Source: Thermoanaerobaculia bacterium | Lineage (GTDB): Bacteria; Acidobacteriota; Thermoanaerobaculia; Multivoradales; UBA5704 | Length of the DNA stretch: 64,000 nt | Assembly (NCBI GenBank): GCA_035995205.1 | Contig: DASYKS010000091.1 | Location: 2,085-66,084, forward strand | Reading direction: 5' to 3' | Part shown: positions 47,413-55,652 of the stretch, in pieces | How positions within the stretch are numbered: position 1 is the first letter of the stretch | How the letters are laid out: each line of letters opens with the position of its first letter | Notes under the pieces: model-generated | The model's input: only the letters and a program-made list of their open reading frames with translations | Told to the model about the DNA's origin: nothing | The model's database searches: none | Position numbers and translations under genes: made by a program

Positions 47413-50130
47413 ATGCGAATTCAATCCCGGCGCGCGGTGTGGATCGTCGTCCTTCTCGGTTTCGCGGGGGCCTTGGCACTCTCGGCCCAGCCGCACCTGG
47501 TCGCCGATCTCCATTGGGAACGGGTGCCGGCCGACTTGCAGCCTCGCCTGTCGGGGGGTGTCGAGCACGAAGGCGTGCTTTATTTTTCGGGTCACGACCC
47601 GCAGCACGGCGCCGAGCTTTGGCGGACCGACGGCACTCCGGAGGGTACCTACGCCCTGGCCGATCTCTGTCCGGGAAGCTGCGGCGGCTTGGTCGAGCCC
47701 TTGGGGTTTTTTGCCGGGCACCTCTATTTTCGCGGCGACGACCGCGAGCACGGAATCGAGATCTGGCGCACGGATGGGACGGTGGGCGGCGAGGAGCTGC
47801 TCGCCGATCTCTGCCCGGGGGCCTGCGGGACCGAACCGAGGAACTGGCTCGAATGGCGAGGGGCGCTCTGGTTCGTGATCGGCCAGGCTCTCTGGACGAG
47901 CGACGGAACCGCCGAGAACACGAAGCCGGCCGCCGACCTCTGCGGCGATCTTAAGATCTGCGGCGTTTCGCCGGAGTCCATCGTCCTGCCCGGACCGAAC
48001 GCGACGGACGAGGGCCTGTTTTTGTTGCTCTATTCGACGGACAACCCTCACGGCGCGCTCTTCCGCACCGACGGCACCGTCGCGGGCACCGTCCTTCTGC
48101 ATCGCTTCGCGAACCCGATTCTGACGGCGGCGGAGGCTTCCGGCCGATATTACTTCGTGGACGGATCGGCGCTCTGGACGAGCGACGGAACGCCTGCCGG
48201 CACGCGGTTCGTTCGAAACTTGAGTGAGCTGGTGCCCGGATTTGTCTTCGGCGTCCTGTCCAGGGTTGTCGATGGGATCTTCTACATGCTTTACGACATG
48301 GGCGACTGGTTGCGCTCGGATGGGACGGCGGCGGGCACGATCAAATTGGCGCGGTTGGATTTCTCGTACCCCGGTCGGTTCCTCATCGCGCAAATCGGCG
48401 GCGTCGTCTTCGCGGTCACCGAAGACGGGATCTGGCGCACGGAGGGCACACCCGAGACCACCGTCCGGTTCGATGCTCCCCGCAGCCAGTTCGGTCTCGT
48501 CGTCGAACGGCCGAACCGTCTCTTCGTCCAGGCCTACGACGGCAATGACTTCATCTGGAGCACCGACGGCAGCGCCAACGGCTACCGGCGGCTCCACCTG
48601 AACGGTCCTCCGGTCCCGGATCCGGAGATGGCCGGGTTCGGGGAGGGGGTGCTGATCTCGCGCGGCTATCGCGACCTGTGGCGGGTTGACGGCGCGGGGG
48701 CGGGCGCCGAGCCGGTGCACGACTTTCAGCCGGCAAACGAGGGGTCGGGACCGAGCGCGCAGGTGGTGCACGAAGACCGGCTGCTGTTCTTTTCGCTCGT
48801 CGGCCACGAGCGGTCGCAGCTCTTTTCCTCCGACGGCACCGCGGCCGGCACAGCCGCGATCGGTCCGCCGGGCTACGAATCGCCTTTCGATACCGAGAGT
48901 CCCTTCTTTCGGCCGCAGTTCCACCGGCTGACTCGCGTAGGGAGCGAAGCCTTCTTCAATGCCTTCTACGCGTCCCGGTTCTGGGCGACCGATGGAACCC
49001 GCGAGGGAACCCGGACCGTCAAGCCTGGAGCTTCGTCCTATGTGAGCTTCGGCATGACCGCGCCGATCGGCCTCGTCGGCGGTGGCTTTGTGTTCGGCGC
49101 GAACCTACGGTTCAATCCCCATGCTTGCGATTACGGGGACGCCGAGCCTTGGATTCGCGACGGCCGCGGCACGAGACAACTGGTGAATCTCAATCCTTTC
49201 AAGTACGAGAGCAGCCAGCCGCAGTGCGACAAATTGGACGCTTCCTCCTCTCCCGGCCCCGGCGTAGGGGTCGGCCGAATCGCCCTGTTCCCGGCCGACG
49301 ATCTCGTGCATGGCCGCGAGCTGTTCGCGACCGACGGCACGAAATCCGGCACCCATCTGGTCGCCGACATCAACCGGAACCTCGAACCCAATCCGGAGTT
49401 CTTTCCTCCCCATCCGGAGTACGGACCGGAGCTGGCCGGCGTCGGTTCCGACCCGACCGATCTGGTGCGCGCGGGAAGCAACGTCTTCTTCGTCGCCGAC
49501 GACGGCAGGACCGGGCGCGAGCTGTGGGTGACGAACGGCACGCGCCGGGGCACCCGGCGGCTCACGGATCTGGTGCGCGGACGGGCAAGCTCCTCGCCGC
49601 ATGACCTGGTGGCGGTCGGCGACGCTCTCTACTTCTTCGCGCCCAACCCCGGGGGCGCCGCGAGGGATGGCCTGTACAAGAGCGACGGCACGGAGGCCGG
49701 CACGATCCTGGTGAGCGACCTTTCGGGCGGCTCCCAGGCGCGGGATCTGACCCTCGTCCGAGGGAAGCTGTTCTTCGCCGCGTTCCTGCCGGAGACGGGC
49801 ACCGAGTTGTGGACTTCCGAAGGCACGGCGGCGACCACCCGCAGCGTGACCGACCTACGCCCCGGGCCGCGCGGCTCGCAGCCTCAGAACCTCAAGGCGG
49901 TGGGTGCGCGGGTGGTGTTCGCGGCCGAGGACGGCACCTCGGGTCTCGAACCCTGGAGCAGCGACGGCACCAGGGAGGGCACGGTCCGGCTGGGCGACAT
50001 CGCTCCCGGCGTCGCCGCGAGCAGCCCGGGGCCGTTCAGCGTCGCGAACGGCCAGATTCTGTTCGGCGCCGACGACGGCGAGCATGGGCGCGAGCTGTGG
50101 GCGGTGCCGGTCGCCGAGGTGGACCCTTGA
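47413..50130 (+). CDS. Secreted ELWxxDGT-repeat protein, paralog 4 (type A)
   Basis: 905 aa from MRIQSRRAVWIVVLLGFAGALALSAQPHLVADLHWERV. The type-A N-terminus has GHDPQHGAELWRTDGTPEGTYALADLCPGSCGGLVEPLGFFAGHLYFRGDD. The track ORF has a 30-codon upstream extension. Confidence 0.85.
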   Translation: MRIQSRRAVWIVVLLGFAGALALSAQPHLVADLHWERVPADLQPRLSGGVEHEGVLYFSGHDPQHGAELWRTDGTPEGTYALADLCPGSCGGLVEPLGFFAGHLYFRGDDREHGIEIWRTDGTVGGEELLADLCPGACGTEPRNWLEWRGALWFVIGQALWTSDGTAENTKPAADLCGDLKICGVSPESIVLPGPNATDEGLFLLLYSTDNPHGALFRTDGTVAGTVLLHRFANPILTAAEASGRYYFVDGSALWTSDGTPAGTRFVRNLSELVPGFVFGVLSRVVDGIFYMLYDMGDWLRSDGTAAGTIKLARLDFSYPGRFLIAQIGGVVFAVTEDGIWRTEGTPETTVRFDAPRSQFGLVVERPNRLFVQAYDGNDFIWSTDGSANGYRRLHLNGPPVPDPEMAGFGEGVLISRGYRDLWRVDGAGAGAEPVHDFQPANEGSGPSAQVVHEDRLLFFSLVGHERSQLFSSDGTAAGTAAIGPPGYESPFDTESPFFRPQFHRLTRVGSEAFFNAFYASRFWATDGTREGTRTVKPGASSYVSFGMTAPIGLVGGGFVFGANLRFNPHACDYGDAEPWIRDGRGTRQLVNLNPFKYESSQPQCDKLDASSSPGPGVGVGRIALFPADDLVHGRELFATDGTKSGTHLVADINRNLEPNPEFFPPHPEYGPELAGVGSDPTDLVRAGSNVFFVADDGRTGRELWVTNGTRRGTRRLTDLVRGRASSSPHDLVAVGDALYFFAPNPGGAARDGLYKSDGTEAGTILVSDLSGGSQARDLTLVRGKLFFAAFLPETGTELWTSEGTAATTRSVTDLRPGPRGSQPQNLKAVGARVVFAAEDGTSGLEPWSSDGTREGTVRLGDIAPGVAASSPGPFSVANGQILFGADDGEHGRELWAVPVAEVDP

Positions 50131-50157
50131 AACCCGGTACATAGGTAGGAGGACGCG

Positions 50158-52884
50158 ATGCGGAACTTTCGGTCCTGGCGCTTTTTGTGGGTCGTCGTCC
50201 TTCTCGTCTTCGCGGGAGCTTTGGCCGGGCGGGCTCAACCCCACCGGATCACCGATTTCAATCGAGGACGGACGCGATCGTTTTCGACGCCCTTCCCGGA
50301 GGCGGGCACCGAGCGCGATGGCGTTTTGTACTTTCCGGCTCGCGATCTGCAGCATGGCTACGAGCTGTGGCGAACCGACGGCACGCCCGCGGGCACCGGC
50401 CGTCTGACCGATCTCTGCCCGGGCCTCTGCGACGGCACGAGCGGGACTCTCGGCATTTTCCAGGGTTGGCTCTATTTCCTGGGCAACGATTCCGAGCACG
50501 GCACCGAGATCTGGCGCACGGACGGCACCGCCGACGGAGAGGAGCGGGTCACCGACGTCTGTCCGGGATCCTGCAGCCCCCTGCTGGACGGCTGGACCGT
50601 GTGGCGCGGGCAGATCTGGTTCCTGGCCCAGAAGACCTATGACGCGATCCCCGTCCTCTGGACGAGCGACGGAACCCGGGCGGGAACCCGGCCGGTGGCG
50701 AGCCTGTGCCGCAAACTTTCGATCTGCGACTTCGGCCCCTACACCTCCGCCTTCCTGGCCGGGCCGGACCCGTCCGGACAGGGCCTCGTCGTTGGGGTCT
50801 TCGAGAGCTACGATGCGAAGAGCCTCTATCGGACCGATGGCACCGCGGGCGGCACCGTGCTCCTGCACCGCTTCGCGGACCAAGGGTCGGGCTACGGGGA
50901 GGCCGCCACCGTGCCGCTCTATTTTCTCGACGGCTCGGATCTCTGGACGAGCGACGGGACCCCCTCCGGCACGCATCTCGTCCGCAACTTGAGCGGTCTC
51001 GTGGATTTCGTCCCTTTGCGGTCTTCGACCCGGGTGATCGACGGCATCCTGTACATCGCGTTCGACGGCGGCGAATGGCTGCGCTCGGACGGCACGGCGG
51101 AGGGCACCGTCGTGCTGGCCAACGTCGGCATAGGCTCGAACCCGACGGTCGAGCGGATCGGCGGCTCGGTCTTCGCCGTCGCGGAGGAAGGAATCTGGCG
51201 CACGGGCGGAAGCCCGGAAACCACCTCCCAGATCGCCTGGCCGTTCGGGTTGATCGAGACCGCGGTCGAGAGCGCGGGCCGGCTGTTCGGGCTGAGCTAC
51301 GGGCCAGGAGGCTCGGGCGCCGCCGTCTGGACCACCGACGGCACGCTGGCCGGCACACGGAAGATCCATTTCGACGGCGGACCCCAACCCGATTCGTACG
51401 TCCTCGCGGCCTTCGGCAACGGCGCCTTGATCTCCCGCGGAGCGCGCGAGCTCTGGCGGATCGACGGCACGAGCCCGGGCGGAGAGCGGCTGCACGCATT
51501 CGAGCCCGAAAACGGCGGCTCCGGCCCGACCGACCAGATCGTCGTGGGCGGGCGGCTGCTGTTCCTGGCGCTGGCCAGCCCGACGAGCCGCAAGCTCTTC
51601 TCGTCCGACGGCACAGCAGCCGGCACGACCGAGATTCTCGCGACCGCGCGGAACCCTTATGCCGAGCAGGGCGCCACCTACGATCCGGCGTACAGCTCGC
51701 TCACGCGCGCGGGAACGCGCGCGTTCTTCAATGCCCGGGGGCGGGTCTGGTCGAGCGACGGGACCCGCGAGGGAACCAGGATCTGGCAGCCCAACCCCTC
51801 GTATGCGGGGTTCGGGATGGCCGCTCCGATCGGTTTGTTCGGGGATCAGTTCGTCTTCTCGGGGATCCGCGACCTCGACTCGAACCCGCATCGCTGCCCT
51901 TCCGGCGAGAGCGAGCCGTGGGTGAGCGACGGGGCTCACGTCATGAAACGGCTGCTGAATCTCAATCCCTTCCACTATGAGTCCTACGGGATCTGCGAGA
52001 ACGTCGGCCTTTCCTCGGCGCCCGGGCGCGGCGTCCCGCTCGGCCGGATCGCGCTCTTCGCCGCGGACGACCACGTCCATGGGCGCGAGCTGTTCGCGAC
52101 CGACGGCACCGCGGCAGGCACCCGGCTCGTCGCCGACATCAACCGCAAGCAGAGACCGATCGACGATCCGGAGCTCATACCGCGCCCGCCGAGACTCATC
52201 GGCCTCGGCTCGGACCCCGAGAATCTGGTGCGCGCGGGAAGCCGCATCTTCTTCACCGCGGACGACGGCGACCTTGGGCGCGAGTTGTGGGTGACGGACG
52301 GCACGTACCGCGGCACCCGGCAGGTCGTGGACTTGACGCCCGGCCCCGGCAGCTCCTCGCTGCACGACCTGGTCGAGGTCGACGGCGCGGTCTACTTCTT
52401 CGCGTCCTTCGGCAGCGGCGAAGGCCTCTATCGGAGCGATGGAACGCGCAGCGGCACGGTCCTCGTGAGCGATCTTTCGGGCGCTTCCCAACCGGCGGGG
52501 CTCGCGCTCGCTTCCGACCGGCTGTTCTTCACGGCGGCCCGCCCGGAGACGGGCACCGAGCTTTGGATCTCTCACGGTACGCCGGAAACCACCCACCTCG
52601 TGACGGATCTGCGCCCCGGCCTGCGCGGCTCCTCGCCGCAGAATCTCAAAGCGGTGGCGGACAAGCTGGTCTTCGCGGCGGACGACGGGACCTCGGGGCT
52701 CGAACCCTGGATCAGCGACGGCACCGCGGAGGGAACGGTCCGCTGGGGCGACCTCGCGCCGGGGCGCGACGCGAGCACGCCGGGGCCGTTCAGCGTCGCG
52801 AACGGCCAGATCCTCTTCGGCGCCGACGACGGCGAGCACGGGCGGGAGCTGTGGGCGATGCCGGTCGGCGAGCTGCTGAAATAG
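50158..52884 (+). CDS. Secreted ELWxxDGT-repeat protein, paralog 5 (type B)
   Basis: 908 aa. C-terminus GADDGEHGRELWAMPVGELLK. Confidence 0.85.
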   Translation: MRNFRSWRFLWVVVLLVFAGALAGRAQPHRITDFNRGRTRSFSTPFPEAGTERDGVLYFPARDLQHGYELWRTDGTPAGTGRLTDLCPGLCDGTSGTLGIFQGWLYFLGNDSEHGTEIWRTDGTADGEERVTDVCPGSCSPLLDGWTVWRGQIWFLAQKTYDAIPVLWTSDGTRAGTRPVASLCRKLSICDFGPYTSAFLAGPDPSGQGLVVGVFESYDAKSLYRTDGTAGGTVLLHRFADQGSGYGEAATVPLYFLDGSDLWTSDGTPSGTHLVRNLSGLVDFVPLRSSTRVIDGILYIAFDGGEWLRSDGTAEGTVVLANVGIGSNPTVERIGGSVFAVAEEGIWRTGGSPETTSQIAWPFGLIETAVESAGRLFGLSYGPGGSGAAVWTTDGTLAGTRKIHFDGGPQPDSYVLAAFGNGALISRGARELWRIDGTSPGGERLHAFEPENGGSGPTDQIVVGGRLLFLALASPTSRKLFSSDGTAAGTTEILATARNPYAEQGATYDPAYSSLTRAGTRAFFNARGRVWSSDGTREGTRIWQPNPSYAGFGMAAPIGLFGDQFVFSGIRDLDSNPHRCPSGESEPWVSDGAHVMKRLLNLNPFHYESYGICENVGLSSAPGRGVPLGRIALFAADDHVHGRELFATDGTAAGTRLVADINRKQRPIDDPELIPRPPRLIGLGSDPENLVRAGSRIFFTADDGDLGRELWVTDGTYRGTRQVVDLTPGPGSSSLHDLVEVDGAVYFFASFGSGEGLYRSDGTRSGTVLVSDLSGASQPAGLALASDRLFFTAARPETGTELWISHGTPETTHLVTDLRPGLRGSSPQNLKAVADKLVFAADDGTSGLEPWISDGTAEGTVRWGDLAPGRDASTPGPFSVANGQILFGADDGEHGRELWAMPVGELLK

Positions 52885-52908
52885 GAACGAAGGGGAACGG
52901 AGGAACCG

Positions 52909-55626
52909 ATGCGATTCCAGCAATTCTGTCGTGTGAACGGGGCAGTGGCCCTGTTCATTTTCGCCGGGGCCTGGGCTGGAGAGGCCCAGCCGCACCTGGT
53001 CGTCGACCTCAATCAGCAGAGGGTGCCGGCCTTGCTCCCTTCCCAACTGTCGCGAGGTGTCGAGCATGGCGGCGTGCTCTACTTCTCCGGGCAAGATCCG
53101 CAGCACGGCCGCGAGCTCTGGCGGACGGACGGCACCGCCGAGGGCACCTATCCCCTGGTCGATCTCTGTCCGGGCAGCTGCGGGGGCTTGGGCGAGCCGT
53201 TGGGTTTCTTTGACGGACACCTCTATTTTCGCGGCGACGATCGCGAGCATGGTGTCGAGATCTGGCGCACGGACGGGACGGTGGGTGGGGAGGAGCTCCT
53301 CGCGGATCTCTGTCCAGGGGCCTGCCCGACCGAACCGGCCGACTGGCTCGAATGGCGTGGAGCGATCTGGTTCCTGACCAAGGATCAACCCGGTTCGACC
53401 TACCTCCTCTGGCGCAGCGACGGCACCGCGGAGAGCACGAGGCCGGTCGTCAACCTCTGCACCGATCTTTCGATCTGCGGTCTGAGCCCGCTTGACTACC
53501 CCTTTTCCCGGCTCAGGCCCGACCCGTCAGGCGAGGGTTTTCTTCTGCAAGGCTCATCGCCCGATAGCGCTTTCACCTCTCTCTTCCGCACCGACGGCAC
53601 CGCCGCGGGCACCGTCCTCCTGCATCGCTTCGCGCACGAAGTTCAGACGGCCGCCGAGCCTTTCGGGCCGCTCTATTTTCTCGACGGGCTCGATCTGTGG
53701 ACGAACGACGGGACTCCCGCCGGCACCCGGTTGGTGCGCAGCTTGGACGGGCTGGCGGAAGGCGTCGCTCTCTCGGTCAGGGTCGTCGACGGGATCTTCT
53801 ATGCGATCTTCAGCAGCGGCGACTGGCTGCGGTCGGACGGGACGGCCGAGGGCACGATCCAGCTTGCGCGATTGGATCTCTCCTTCTCCTACCCGCGGAT
53901 TGCGCGCATCGGCGGCACCGTCTTCGCGGTGACCGGGACCGGGGTCTGGCGCACGGGCGGAACGCCCGAGACCACCCTCCGGTTCGAGGGGCCGCGAGGC
54001 GAAGTCGAGAGCGTGATCGAACAGCCGGGCCGGCTGTTCGTCATGGCCCGCGACGGAAGGTATTTCGTTTGGACCTTCGACGGCACCGGCGGAGTCCGGC
54101 GAATCCACCTGGCCGGCCCGCCGCCCCCCGATGGGGAGATCGCCGGGTTCCGGGATGGTGTATTGATCTCCCGCGGCATCCGCGAGCTGTGGCGGATCGA
54201 CGGGGCGGGGGCGCGCGGCGAGCGGGTGCATGACTTCCAGCCCGAAAACGGCGGGTCCGGTCCGGTCGACCAGCTCGTCTTGGGAGGCCGGCTGCTGTTC
54301 ATGTCGCTCGACGGGAGGAGTCCCAAGCTCTTCTCGTCCGACGGCACCGCGTCCGGCACGACCGCGCTCAGCGCCGAACCGCTCTACGACTTCGGCTTCG
54401 AATACTTGGCGGACTTCTATTCGCTCACTCGCGCGGGGAAGCGCGCTTTCTTCTGGTCCGCGAGCACCCTCTGGACGACCGACGGTTCCCGCGCGGGAAC
54501 CGGTCCGATCTACCCGAGCCTTGGCCGCCCGGGCCTCTACAGGACGGCACCGATCGGGTTCGTCGGCGGCCGGTTCCTATTCGGCGGCAGTCGCTCGGGG
54601 TCCTATCCTTGCGACCCGGGTGACGCCGAGCCGTGGGTCAGCGACGGAACGCCGGACGGCACGAAGCGGGTGATCGATCTCAATCCCTTCTTCCGGTTCG
54701 GCCGCACCTCGCTGTGCGAAATCGTGAAGGTCTCGTCGTCGCCGGGCCAAGGCGCCGTGCTCGGCCGGATCGCTCTGTTCGCTGCCGACGACCTCCTGCA
54801 CGGGCGCGAGCTGTTCGCGACCGACGGCACGAAAGCCGGCACCCGCCTGCTCGCCGACCTCAATCCGAGCCGCCAATCCAACCCCGAGTTCTATACGGAT
54901 TTCCCGGAATTCGGACCTGAGCAGGTCGGCGTCGGCTCGGACCCGAGCGATCTGGTGCGCGTGGGGGGCACCGTCTTCTTCGTCGCCGACGACGGCAGGA
55001 CCGGGCGCGAGCTGTGGGTCACGAACGGCACGCGCCGGGGCACCCGGCTCGTGGTCGATCTGGTGCCCGGACCGTCAAGGGCAAGCTCCTCGCCGCATGA
55101 TCTTGTGGTGGTCGGCGACGGCATCTACTTCTTCGCGTCGAACCCTGGGGGCGCCGCGGGCGAGGGGTTGTACAAGAGCGACGGCACTTCGGCCGGCACG
55201 GTTCGGGTGAGCGACCTGGCCGGCGCGACCCAAGCCCGGGACCTCACCGTCGCCGCCGGCAGGCTGTTCTTCGTGGCGTTCCGCCCGGAATCGGGCACGG
55301 AGCTGTGGACCTCTCGGGGCACGGCAGAGACCACGCGCGAAGTGACCGACCTGCGCCCAGGGCCGCGCGGTTCGCTGCCGGAGTATCTCAAGGCGACGGC
55401 CGGTCGGGTGGTGTTCGCCGCGGACGACGGCGTCTCCGGTCTCGAACCGTGGAGCAGCGACGGCACCGCGGCCGGCACGGTCCGGCTGGTCGACGTCGCG
55501 CCCGGCCTCGCGGCGAGCACGCCCGGGCCGTTCAGCATCGCGAACGGCCAGGTTCTGTTCGGCGCCGACGACGGCGAGCACGGGCGGGAGCTGTGGGCGA
55601 TCCCGATGGCGGAGCTACCGCAATGA
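52909..55626 (+). CDS. Secreted ELWxxDGT-repeat protein, paralog 6 (type A)
   Basis: 905 aa. N-terminus matches paralogs 2 and 4. Confidence 0.85.
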   Translation: MRFQQFCRVNGAVALFIFAGAWAGEAQPHLVVDLNQQRVPALLPSQLSRGVEHGGVLYFSGQDPQHGRELWRTDGTAEGTYPLVDLCPGSCGGLGEPLGFFDGHLYFRGDDREHGVEIWRTDGTVGGEELLADLCPGACPTEPADWLEWRGAIWFLTKDQPGSTYLLWRSDGTAESTRPVVNLCTDLSICGLSPLDYPFSRLRPDPSGEGFLLQGSSPDSAFTSLFRTDGTAAGTVLLHRFAHEVQTAAEPFGPLYFLDGLDLWTNDGTPAGTRLVRSLDGLAEGVALSVRVVDGIFYAIFSSGDWLRSDGTAEGTIQLARLDLSFSYPRIARIGGTVFAVTGTGVWRTGGTPETTLRFEGPRGEVESVIEQPGRLFVMARDGRYFVWTFDGTGGVRRIHLAGPPPPDGEIAGFRDGVLISRGIRELWRIDGAGARGERVHDFQPENGGSGPVDQLVLGGRLLFMSLDGRSPKLFSSDGTASGTTALSAEPLYDFGFEYLADFYSLTRAGKRAFFWSASTLWTTDGSRAGTGPIYPSLGRPGLYRTAPIGFVGGRFLFGGSRSGSYPCDPGDAEPWVSDGTPDGTKRVIDLNPFFRFGRTSLCEIVKVSSSPGQGAVLGRIALFAADDLLHGRELFATDGTKAGTRLLADLNPSRQSNPEFYTDFPEFGPEQVGVGSDPSDLVRVGGTVFFVADDGRTGRELWVTNGTRRGTRLVVDLVPGPSRASSSPHDLVVVGDGIYFFASNPGGAAGEGLYKSDGTSAGTVRVSDLAGATQARDLTVAAGRLFFVAFRPESGTELWTSRGTAETTREVTDLRPGPRGSLPEYLKATAGRVVFAADDGVSGLEPWSSDGTAAGTVRLVDVAPGLAASTPGPFSIANGQVLFGADDGEHGRELWAIPMAELPQ

Positions 55627-55652
55627 GGACGGCGAAAGAAACGGAGGACGTC

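Noticed and set aside
49855-53388. A 1177-aa ORF on the minus strand, and similar very long antisense ORFs at 40990-43113, 44514-47384, 47293-48924, 55125-56801, 58243-60156 and 61344-62027, all opposite the ELWxxDGT genes
   Set aside because: High GC3 bias removes stop codons from antisense frames. These ORFs are Arg/Gly/Ala/Pro-rich low-complexity sequence with no domain signatures. The sense-strand genes have signal peptides, RBSs and a coherent repeat architecture.
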